The translations under genes and the position numbers were made by a program. The notes below the pieces were generated by a model, which saw only the letters and a program-made list of their open reading frames with translations, searched no databases and was not told the DNA's origin. From positions 6,898-70,897 of the forward strand of contig JBGSSA010000163.1 of assembly GCA_041737295.1 (NCBI GenBank): a stretch of DNA of 64,000 bases, given 5' to 3'. The stretch is from Bacteroidales bacterium. GTDB lineage: Bacteria; Bacteroidota; Bacteroidia; Bacteroidales; UBA10428. Shown here in pieces: positions 48,984-58,013 of this stretch; position 1 is the stretch's first letter, and every line of letters begins with the position of its first letter.

Positions 48984-50056
48984 AGAAAATTGTTACAATT
49001 ATCGGTGCCCGTCCCCAGTTTATTAAAGCGGCCACCATTAGTCGCCGGATCCGGAAAGACGAGCATATTCATGAAGTGATCATACACACCGGACAGCATT
49101 TTGACTCCAATATGTCGTCGGTATTCTTTTCAGAAATGGAAATTCCAAAACCGGATTATAACCTTGAAATCAGCGGACTGTCGCATGGAGCCATGACCGG
49201 CAGGATGATTGAGAAGATTGAAGATATTCTGATCCATGAAAGTCCAGATTTGGTATTGGTCTATGGAGATACGAATTCTACGCTGGCAGGGGCCCTGGCT
49301 GCAGCAAAGCTAAATATCAGGATTGCCCACGTGGAAGCGGGTCTCAGGTCATTCAACATGAAAATGCCTGAAGAAATCAATCGCATTCTAACCGACAGGA
49401 TTTCGGAAGTTCTGTTTTGTCCGACACAAAATGCCGTTCAAAATCTTCACAATGAAGGGTTTGACCAATTTAGTAGCAAGGTACACCTGGTAGGAGATGT
49501 AATGTATGATGCAGCCCTGTTTTACGGTTCAATGTCCTCCGACCGGTCAGACATCATGTCCAGGCTCAGTCTCGGGGGACGAAAATTCATGCTTTGTACG
49601 GTTCACAGGCAGGAAAATACGGATGATCTTGCCCGCCTTAGATCAATTATAGAGGCCTTGAATGAAATCCACAGGGAAACACCCGTGGTTCTTCCCCTTC
49701 ACCCGAGAACAAGGAAGATCCTTGCACAAAATTCCATTCATACCGGCTTTGAACCTATTGAACCGGTCGGATATTTTGACATCATTGAGTTGCTGAAACA
49801 CTGTAGCCTTGTGATTACAGATAGCGGCGGCATGCAAAAAGAGGCATACTTTTTTAAAAAGTATTGTATTACATTGCGGGAAGAAACAGAATGGGTTGAA
49901 CTGGTGGAAAATAATTTTAATGTATTGGCTGGTTGTGATCCGGTTCTTATTAAAAAAGCCGTAAGCCGGTTTTCGGGCAGGGAAATTACTTCTTCTTCAG
50001 GACTATATGGAAATGGGGATGCCAGCCAATTAATCCTGGACATTATTAAAAAATAA
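48980..50056 (+). CDS. wecB: UDP-N-acetylglucosamine 2-epimerase (non-hydrolysing)
   Basis: GARPQFIK, HTGQH, GDTNST, HVEAGLRS, TDSGGMQKEA. Confidence 0.93.
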   Translation: MKKIVTIIGARPQFIKAATISRRIRKDEHIHEVIIHTGQHFDSNMSSVFFSEMEIPKPDYNLEISGLSHGAMTGRMIEKIEDILIHESPDLVLVYGDTNSTLAGALAAAKLNIRIAHVEAGLRSFNMKMPEEINRILTDRISEVLFCPTQNAVQNLHNEGFDQFSSKVHLVGDVMYDAALFYGSMSSDRSDIMSRLSLGGRKFMLCTVHRQENTDDLARLRSIIEALNEIHRETPVVLPLHPRTRKILAQNSIHTGFEPIEPVGYFDIIELLKHCSLVITDSGGMQKEAYFFKKYCITLREETEWVELVENNFNVLAGCDPVLIKKAVSRFSGREITSSSGLYGNGDASQLILDIIKK

Positions 50057-50061
50057 AGCGT

Positions 50062-51225
50062 TTGAAAATATTAATGGTTCTTGATCGTGAATTTCCACCT
50101 GACATAAGGGTGGAAAATGAAATCGATGCGTTGGTTGGTGCAGGCCATGATGTGCATATTGCCTGTTATACACGAAAAAATAAACCGGCACTTGAAATAA
50201 CTGAAAAGATTACAATACACCGGAAATCCATTTCATCCTTTATTTACAAATCCAGTGTCGCCAGCCTGACACTCCCTTTTTATTGCCGCTTCTGGAAAAG
50301 ATTCCTGGTACATATTCTACAAACACAGCATTTTGATGTGCTTCATATCCACGATCTCCCGCTGGTGGGTCTGGGCGTGCGTTTAAAGAAACTATTCAAT
50401 ATAAAACTTGTGGCCGACCTCCACGAAAACTGGCCCGCTTTTCTCGACATTTCAAAACATTCAACCACATTAACAGGGCGAATTGTTTCTCCAATATTCC
50501 TTTGGCGCCGGTATGAGAAAAAAGTTCTGATGCATGCCGATGCCGTTGTTGTTGTAGTTGAAGAGGCCCGGCAACGACTGGCAGATCTTGGTATCGACAA
50601 ACAAAAGATAGTTGTAGTATCCAATACGATCAACCTGGATGAACTGAAACCGTTGCCCCCCGAAAGTAAACATACTGAAACCATCCTGTATTATGCAGGT
50701 GGAATCAATTATCATCGTGGTTTGCAGAATGTTATCCGGGCTATCTATAAATCCGGGAACCCCCGGTTGAAATTCATGATTCTTGGAGCTGGCAGTTACA
50801 AGGATGAACTGGTCAACATGGTTGAAAAGCTTGCATTAACACAACAGGTGATATTCTGTGGTTACCAGCCCTTCACCAGGGTAATGGAAATGCTCTCGGA
50901 ATCTGATTATGCCCTGATACCCCACTTAAAGACAGAGCATACCGACTCAACAATCCCTCATAAACTATTTCAATATATGTATTTGCAAAAACCGGTCATT
51001 GCGAGTAATTGCCTGCCCATTAAACGCATTGTGGAAGAGACCGGCTCCGGAGTGATATACCCGGCTGATGACATCAACTATCTAAGTGAATTGTTAAATC
51101 AATTGGGGACATTAAATTATGCCGGGATGGCTGTTAAAGGCAAAAATGCCGTAATTGAAAAATATAACTGGAACGTTGACAGTGAAGTATTATTAAATTT
51201 GTACCAGGAAATAGTATCCTCTTAG
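50062..51225 (+). CDS. Glycosyltransferase family 4
   Basis: HIHDLP, ADLHE, PHKLFQYM..KPVIAS, YNW. Confidence 0.88.
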   Translation: MKILMVLDREFPPDIRVENEIDALVGAGHDVHIACYTRKNKPALEITEKITIHRKSISSFIYKSSVASLTLPFYCRFWKRFLVHILQTQHFDVLHIHDLPLVGLGVRLKKLFNIKLVADLHENWPAFLDISKHSTTLTGRIVSPIFLWRRYEKKVLMHADAVVVVVEEARQRLADLGIDKQKIVVVSNTINLDELKPLPPESKHTETILYYAGGINYHRGLQNVIRAIYKSGNPRLKFMILGAGSYKDELVNMVEKLALTQQVIFCGYQPFTRVMEMLSESDYALIPHLKTEHTDSTIPHKLFQYMYLQKPVIASNCLPIKRIVEETGSGVIYPADDINYLSELLNQLGTLNYAGMAVKGKNAVIEKYNWNVDSEVLLNLYQEIVSS

Positions 51226-51249
51226 AAAATCAGATTTATATCCACCATT

Positions 51250-53379
51250 ATGCTCCAGGCACTAATACACAGGGGTTCTGTTAAAGCTGAGGAAGTCCCT
51301 GCCCCTATAGTAGGAAAGGGAAGGGTTTTGATCAGGGTAGTCAATAGTTGCATTTCTGCAGGAACAGAAATGGCAAGCGTTTCGTCTACCGGAAAATCAC
51401 CTGTGCAGATCATGCGTGAACAGCCTGAAAAAATAAAGAAAGTTTTTGATATGATCCGATCCGAAGGATTGAGAAAAATAGCGGATCAGTATAAATTTAT
51501 TAAAGAATCAGGCCAGCCAACGGGCTATTCCGTCAGCGGTATTATTATCGGACTTGGCGAAGGAGTATCCGGATTTAAGATCGGTGAGCACGTCGCTGCT
51601 GCCGGCGGCGGATTTGCATACCATGCAGAATTTGTTGAAGTTCCCATAAACCTTGTCGTGGCGATTCCTCCCGGACTTCCGTTCTCAGGGGCCTCAACAG
51701 TGGCAATTGGAGCAATCGCCCTGCATGGCGTCAGGCGAGCGGGCCTTGAGATTGGAGAATACTGCATTGTAATGGGGGTAGGTATATTGGGATTAATTGC
51801 AGTTCAATTACTTAAGAAATCAGGTGTACGTATTATTGCCGTTGATATTGATGAAAACAGACTCAACCTGGCATCCAGGCTTGGGGCGGATTTTACAATA
51901 AATTCAGGCAGTGAAGATCCGGTCAAGGCTGTTGAAAATATTACCGCTGCCCACGGCGCAGATGCAGTGCTTTTCGCCGCTTCCACATCAGATAGCAAGC
52001 CTTTATCCCAGGCCTTTCAGATGTGCAGGCGGAAAGGAAAGGTTGTGCTTATGGGTGTAGCCGGTATGGAATTAAACCGAAAAGATATCTATCCCGGAGA
52101 ACTTGATCTGAATATTTCAACCTCTTATGGACCCGGCCGGTATGATAAAAATTATGAGGAAAACGGGATCGATTATCCCTATGCCTATGTACGGTGGACC
52201 GAAGGCCGGAATTTTACTGAATACCTCAGACTGGTTGCAGCCAAAGAGGTGGTTATTGAACCCCTCATTCATAAAGTTTTTCCTGTAGAAGATGCCGAAA
52301 TAGCCTTTGACTCGCTCAAAGATACCCTTAACAAGCCCCTCCTCGTTTTGCTTGATTACGGCATACCCACCGATATTGATTCCATTGTTGTCTCCAGAAA
52401 GGTTATTCTCAATCCCAAAAATCTGGTGAATAAAGACAGGATCAATGTAGGCTTGCTTGGCGTGGGCAATTTTGCCCAATCCGTGCACCTGCCGAACCTT
52501 AAAAAACTAGAGAAAAAATTTAACATCTATGCCCTGGCAAGCCATTCGGGTGTAAAGGCAAAAAATGCAGGATTATTCTACAATGCACAATATGTCACAA
52601 CCGAATATGATGAGATCCTTAATGATGCCAATATTGACCTTGTGATGATCTGCACACGGCATGGCAATCATGCTTCTCTCGCGCTCCGGGCACTGAAAGC
52701 AGGGAAGCACGTTTTTGTCGAGAAACCTCTGGCTACCACTTTAGCCGATCTCCGGCTCCTGGAGGAATATATTGAAGACAATCCCGACAATATGCCTTTG
52801 CTGATGGTCGGTTATAACCGACGATTCAGTCCATACGCCAAGGAGATCAGAAAGCATACGGATCACCGGGTCGGCCCGCTGTTTATCCATTATCGCATGA
52901 ATGCGGGCTTTCAGCCACCTGATCACTGGACTCACCAGGATGGTGGAAGGATCATCGGGGAGGCCTGTCATATAATTGACCTCGTGAATTCACTCACAAA
53001 CTGCCGGATTATAAGCTGTCATGCAGAAGGCATTGATTCAGGCAAGGGCAAGTTTTCAGGCACTGACAATAAATCAATATTGTTAAAATATGAAGATGGC
53101 TCTGTGGCAACAATTGATTATATTGCAATGGGCAACAGATCAATGGCAAAAGAGTATATGGAAATTCACTTCGATGAGAAATCGATAGTACTCGATGATT
53201 ATAAGTACCTTGAATCATATGGTGTTAAAATCGCAAAGATAAAATCAAAGACAAGTTTGAAAGGGCATTTGGAAGAACTTGAAGTGATGTATAATTTCCT
53301 GGTTGGAAAAAATGAGGGTCGGCCTGTTGAATTTCGAAATCTGATTGAAACTTCCCGAATTACAATTGAAATGGCTTAA
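51250..53379 (+). CDS. Bi-domain oxidoreductase (MDR dehydrogenase + Gfo/Idh/MocA)
   Basis: ISAGTE, GVGILG, SYGPGRYD; GVGNF, HVFVEKP, GYNRRF, GEACH. Confidence 0.9.
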   Translation: MLQALIHRGSVKAEEVPAPIVGKGRVLIRVVNSCISAGTEMASVSSTGKSPVQIMREQPEKIKKVFDMIRSEGLRKIADQYKFIKESGQPTGYSVSGIIIGLGEGVSGFKIGEHVAAAGGGFAYHAEFVEVPINLVVAIPPGLPFSGASTVAIGAIALHGVRRAGLEIGEYCIVMGVGILGLIAVQLLKKSGVRIIAVDIDENRLNLASRLGADFTINSGSEDPVKAVENITAAHGADAVLFAASTSDSKPLSQAFQMCRRKGKVVLMGVAGMELNRKDIYPGELDLNISTSYGPGRYDKNYEENGIDYPYAYVRWTEGRNFTEYLRLVAAKEVVIEPLIHKVFPVEDAEIAFDSLKDTLNKPLLVLLDYGIPTDIDSIVVSRKVILNPKNLVNKDRINVGLLGVGNFAQSVHLPNLKKLEKKFNIYALASHSGVKAKNAGLFYNAQYVTTEYDEILNDANIDLVMICTRHGNHASLALRALKAGKHVFVEKPLATTLADLRLLEEYIEDNPDNMPLLMVGYNRRFSPYAKEIRKHTDHRVGPLFIHYRMNAGFQPPDHWTHQDGGRIIGEACHIIDLVNSLTNCRIISCHAEGIDSGKGKFSGTDNKSILLKYEDGSVATIDYIAMGNRSMAKEYMEIHFDEKSIVLDDYKYLESYGVKIAKIKSKTSLKGHLEELEVMYNFLVGKNEGRPVEFRNLIETSRITIEMA

Positions 53380-53395
53380 TACACTTCCGTGAATT

Positions 53396-54283
53396 ATGTA
53401 CAAGGCAACTTTTGTGATCCTGCATTATGAGACTTATTCTGACACCGTTAAATGTGTAGATTCAATAGTTAAAACCACTCAGTATCCTGAATGGACTATT
53501 ATAGTCGTAGATAATGGTTCTTCCAATAAATCAGGAAACAAACTAAAGGTTCTCTACGAGAATGAGCCCAGGATCTATGTCCTGCTTAATAATAAAAACC
53601 TGGGATTTGCCAGGGGGAACAATACAGGATATCTGTATGCAAAAAGAACATTGAATGCAGATTTTGTTATTGTAATTAACAATGATACAATCATAAAACA
53701 GACGGATTTTGTTGAAAAGATAATTGAGAGGTATAAGCGAAAGCGATTTGATATTCTTGGTCCGGATATACTATCCATGAAGAATGGATCCCATCAGAAT
53801 CCAAGAACAGAAGTATTCACAAATGCTTTTATAGTAAGAAAATATATCCGGTACTTCCGGTATACTTTATGGTTGAATTATTTGCATATGGATACCCTTG
53901 TAGTTAAAATCAAAAAGTTTTTTTCTCCATCTTCAACCCTTCCAAGCGCCAACTCAACAGATATCAACCCGTTGAATGAAGAAATGGAAAATATAAAATT
54001 ACATGGCAGTGCCCTGGTTTTTTCTCCTGACTTTCTAAAACAAAGCGAGGATGCTTTTTATCCCGAAACATTTCTATACTGTGAGGAATCCATTTTGTAC
54101 CATCTTTCAAGCAAGATGGGTCTCATCACTGTTTATTACCCGCCAGTAAAGATTTTTCACAAGGAAGACGCAACCTCGGATTACCTGAATAAAAGGGAAC
54201 ATATAAAAAGACGCTTTTATCTTAAACATAACATTCATTCAGCCAAGGTACTTTTAAAACTTTTTACCAATTCAACAATATGA
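53396..54283 (+). CDS. Glycosyltransferase family 2
   Basis: VILHY, VVDNGS, NLGFARGNN, INND, FLYCEE. Confidence 0.9.
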   Translation: MYKATFVILHYETYSDTVKCVDSIVKTTQYPEWTIIVVDNGSSNKSGNKLKVLYENEPRIYVLLNNKNLGFARGNNTGYLYAKRTLNADFVIVINNDTIIKQTDFVEKIIERYKRKRFDILGPDILSMKNGSHQNPRTEVFTNAFIVRKYIRYFRYTLWLNYLHMDTLVVKIKKFFSPSSTLPSANSTDINPLNEEMENIKLHGSALVFSPDFLKQSEDAFYPETFLYCEESILYHLSSKMGLITVYYPPVKIFHKEDATSDYLNKREHIKRRFYLKHNIHSAKVLLKLFTNSTI

Positions 54284-55239
54284 ACTGTAGAATTTGTAAC
54301 AACAACACGAATAATACCTCCTATATATTCAGGGAAATGCATTTTGGTTTCCGTGATGAATTTGAATATTTTCAATGTGGGTCCTGCGGATGTCTTCAAA
54401 TCGCAGAATTTCCTGAAAACCTTTCCAAATATTATCCGAAGGAATACGGGGCCTATAAACTTCATGAAAAAATACATGAGAATAAAATCATCCGTTATCT
54501 GAAAAAAAAGAAACTTGAAGTCAGCCTGGGGATGAATCACAATTTGATCGGTATTCTGTCAAACTTTCTTATCGATAAAGGATTTGTCCGGTATCTCCAA
54601 CCTACCCACATAAATATTGATTCAAGCATACTCGATGTTGGGACGGGAATTGGTTCCAGGCTTATCGGACTGAAAAAAAAAGGTTTTAAAAATTTAACCG
54701 GTATTGAGCCTTTTATTGAAAAAGACATTCATTATGATGTTGGAGTCAGTGTTTTTAAGAAACAACTACATGAATTTGAGGGTCAATTTGATATGGTCAT
54801 GCTGAATCATTCCTTTGAACATATGCCCGATCCCCTCCAGGCAATGAAAGATATATTCAGGCTTCTTAAAGCCAACCGTACAGCCTTGATCAGGATACCG
54901 GTTGCTGATTCATATGGCTGGGAAAAATATCAGAATAACTGGATGGGCTTACATGCACCGCGGCATTTCTTTCTACATACCAATAAAAGTATCGAGATCC
55001 TGGCACATAAGGTTGGATTTGTGATAGTAGATGTTATTTATGACTCCATGGGTTTTCAATATGCGGCAAGTGAACAAATAGTGAGAAATATACCATTGCA
55101 GGATAAGAATTCCTATTACGTAACCCGTAAGTCATCTATGTTTTCAAAAAAAGAACTGAAGGATTTTTCAAAATTTGCAAAACAACTAAATGAAACAAAG
55201 CGGGGCGATACTGCATGTTTCTATTTATATAAGAAATAA
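54280..55239 (+). CDS. Class I SAM-dependent methyltransferase with N-terminal Cys (zinc-ribbon-like) motifs
   Basis: CRIC, CGSCG, LDVGTGIG, HSFEH.PDP, PRH. Confidence 0.88.
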   Translation: MNCRICNNNTNNTSYIFREMHFGFRDEFEYFQCGSCGCLQIAEFPENLSKYYPKEYGAYKLHEKIHENKIIRYLKKKKLEVSLGMNHNLIGILSNFLIDKGFVRYLQPTHINIDSSILDVGTGIGSRLIGLKKKGFKNLTGIEPFIEKDIHYDVGVSVFKKQLHEFEGQFDMVMLNHSFEHMPDPLQAMKDIFRLLKANRTALIRIPVADSYGWEKYQNNWMGLHAPRHFFLHTNKSIEILAHKVGFVIVDVIYDSMGFQYAASEQIVRNIPLQDKNSYYVTRKSSMFSKKELKDFSKFAKQLNETKRGDTACFYLYKK

Positions 55240-55264
55240 TTCCTTTATAATTAACAGCCGTTTT

Positions 55265-56473
55265 ATGATGTCCGAAGAGTTATCCTCTCTATTGAAGCTA
55301 TTCGAATGGATAAGAAAAAACGGATTTGCCGGATATGACCCATATGACATTAAGGGAAACAGGGCATTTATAAGGCTTACGAACCTTGGCAACAGAAATT
55401 TTGCAGCAGCACTCCTCAGGGAATTAGTATTTGAAATCTTCTATACTTTTCCAATCTTTTCACGAAAGCTTTTTCAAATCAAAAAGACTGTAAATGCCAA
55501 GGCGATGGCCTTAATGACAACCTCCTATCTGGAATTGCATCTGCTTTTAGGAGATGATATCTATTATGAAAAATCTATGGAAGGCTTCAACTGGCTCAAA
55601 AATAACGCAGTCAGTATTAATAATGGCCTCGGCTGGGGATACCCGTTCGACTGGCAGTCGAAAGAACTGATACCGGCAAATACGCCGAATGGTATTGTCA
55701 CCACAGTCGTCGGGGACGCTTTTTGGAGTCATTTCAACCATTTTCGCGACAAGGAATCCCTGGAATACTGCGTTCAGATTTGTGAGTTTCTAACCACATT
55801 ACCGGTGGATGAAATATCGGATGAACAGATTTGCTTCTCTTATACACCCCTTTTCATAAACCATGTTCATAATCTGAATTTATTTGTGGCTGAATTTCTG
55901 CTAAAAACCGGAAAAGAAACCGGTAATGCAACTTGGATCTCAATGGGCAACCGGGCAGTTAATTATACCCTTGCGAATCAGCGGAGCGACGGTTCATTTG
56001 ATTATAACGGCCCGCCTGAAAAACCAAATAATCATGTTGACAATTATCATACCGGTTTTGTACTGAGGATGCTTTACTCTGTTTGGAAGCTCACCGGCCG
56101 CGAAGATGTTTCTGCAGCCCTGCACAACTGTTATGCCCATTATATTGCCAATTTTTTCGAAGACGGGAGAATACCAAAGTTGATGCCCGATAAAAAATAC
56201 CGCATCGATATCCATTCCTGCGCTGAAAGTATTAACTGCCTTTCTTCATTGAGCCCAATATTCCCCGATGGACTGAAACTTGCTGATAATGTCCTCAACT
56301 GGACGATCCATAATCTGCAGGATAAATCCGGCTATTTTTATTACGGTATTCTTAAAAGCCGGTTTACGGGAATACCTTTTAAATCGAAGATTCCTTACAT
56401 TCGCTGGGGTCAGGCCTGGATGATGCGCGCTCTCGTCAGCCACCAGGAAGCCGTTCATAATAAAAAGACATGA
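55265..56473 (+). CDS. Hypothetical alpha/alpha-toroid-type protein of polysaccharide loci
   Basis: GYDPYD, GWGYPFDWQ, DGSFDY, VDNYHTGF, GYFYY, IRWGQAWM. Confidence 0.65.
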   Translation: MMSEELSSLLKLFEWIRKNGFAGYDPYDIKGNRAFIRLTNLGNRNFAAALLRELVFEIFYTFPIFSRKLFQIKKTVNAKAMALMTTSYLELHLLLGDDIYYEKSMEGFNWLKNNAVSINNGLGWGYPFDWQSKELIPANTPNGIVTTVVGDAFWSHFNHFRDKESLEYCVQICEFLTTLPVDEISDEQICFSYTPLFINHVHNLNLFVAEFLLKTGKETGNATWISMGNRAVNYTLANQRSDGSFDYNGPPEKPNNHVDNYHTGFVLRMLYSVWKLTGREDVSAALHNCYAHYIANFFEDGRIPKLMPDKKYRIDIHSCAESINCLSSLSPIFPDGLKLADNVLNWTIHNLQDKSGYFYYGILKSRFTGIPFKSKIPYIRWGQAWMMRALVSHQEAVHNKKT

Positions 56474-56474
56474 T

Positions 56475-57974
56475 ATGCTGCCTGTCCTTAAATCCACTAT
56501 AAAAAATACATTCATTTACAGTATCGGCACTTTCTCTTCCAGATTGGCCGGTTTTATTCTTATTCCACTATATACCAGGCAATTTAGCGTAGAGCAATAC
56601 GGAATGCTCGGCATTATGGAGGTTTCTGCCCAGGTTGTGCTTTCCTTACTCGGTTTTAGCTTGTATAATGCCTATTTCAGATGGTACTGGGATAAGAACT
56701 ATGAATCAAAGCAAAAATCCATATTGTTTACGATCCTGGTTTTTCTGCTATTCCAGGTTATACTTTTTATAATACTGGCAGTCACCCTGCGTCACGAATT
56801 TTCATTTCTCCTGTTTAATTCAGGTCAATATACCTACCTGATTCAGCTATTACTTATCGTGAGCGCTTTCGAGGCTGTCGGGGTACTTATTTCAACCTTG
56901 CTGAGACTTAAAGAAAGGGCCGTATACTATACGATCCTCCAGGTTATTAAGCTGTCTGTAAGCCTGCTCGTGACCATCTATCTGATCAATGTTAAAAACA
57001 GGAATATTGAGGCCGTATATGAGGCTCAGCTTATTGCCAATATCCTGTATTTCATAATGATATTGGGCATTTTAAGAAAAAATATAACTTTCCGTTTCGA
57101 ATGGAAGATCCTCAGGGAGATGTTAGCCTTCAGTCTGCCCCTTGTTCTTACCTCTGTGTCGGGCATCATCCTGAATATTACAGACAGGTATTCACTGCGT
57201 TTTCTTTCAAATATGGGAAATGTCGGCATTTATTCCCTTGGCTTCAAGATCGCCAATACACTCCGTGTATTTCTTGTAACCTCCGTTAACCTGGCACTTC
57301 AACCCATGATTTTCAAAATGATGAATGATCCTGCCAATAAACGGTTCTATTCCAAAGTAATGACCTATTTTTCCTTTGGACTCATGTTTTTTGTACTGTT
57401 TTTTTCACTATTTGCCTCGGAAATCGTAAAAGTCATTTCATCCAAAATGGAATACTGGGAGGCTTACAAGATAGTCCCCATCCTTTCGCTTTCAATGCTT
57501 TTCAGCATGCTTAGGGATGTGGCGTATACCGGTCTGAACATAACCAAAAGAACCCGGATAATCGCCCTGCTTATTTTTTTCGCGGCCCTTCTGAACATCC
57601 TTTTAAACCAGGTTTTCATTCCGAAATGGAGTTATTACGGAGCGGCTGTTGCAACAACGATGTCACAAATCGTTTTTTTCGCTTCCGTTTTGTATTTCGC
57701 CCAGCGTTATTACCCGGTACCCTATGAATTAAAAAAAATAATCCTCATGATCATTACAGGCATTGCCCTGTATTTCATTGGACTGTTGTTTGACCCGTTG
57801 CCATTGGTTCTGCGGGTGACACTAAAGTTCTCCCTGATTGCAGCTTTCCCTTTTATCTTATATGTTTTTCGCTTTTATGAACCTGTTGAATTGGATCGGA
57901 TCAGAGAAATCTGGCATAAATGGCATAATCCAAGGAACCTGGGCAAAAATCTAAGCAAAATAAAATTCAATTGA
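56475..57974 (+). CDS. Wzx-type oligosaccharide flippase
   Basis: About 12-14 TM segments; KNTFIY, TDRY, GIYSLG, GAAVAT. Confidence 0.88.
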   Translation: MLPVLKSTIKNTFIYSIGTFSSRLAGFILIPLYTRQFSVEQYGMLGIMEVSAQVVLSLLGFSLYNAYFRWYWDKNYESKQKSILFTILVFLLFQVILFIILAVTLRHEFSFLLFNSGQYTYLIQLLLIVSAFEAVGVLISTLLRLKERAVYYTILQVIKLSVSLLVTIYLINVKNRNIEAVYEAQLIANILYFIMILGILRKNITFRFEWKILREMLAFSLPLVLTSVSGIILNITDRYSLRFLSNMGNVGIYSLGFKIANTLRVFLVTSVNLALQPMIFKMMNDPANKRFYSKVMTYFSFGLMFFVLFFSLFASEIVKVISSKMEYWEAYKIVPILSLSMLFSMLRDVAYTGLNITKRTRIIALLIFFAALLNILLNQVFIPKWSYYGAAVATTMSQIVFFASVLYFAQRYYPVPYELKKIILMIITGIALYFIGLLFDPLPLVLRVTLKFSLIAAFPFILYVFRFYEPVELDRIREIWHKWHNPRNLGKNLSKIKFN

Positions 57975-58013
57975 ACAATTTGGATATCTTAGTATGCTAA
58001 AATTATTCTGATC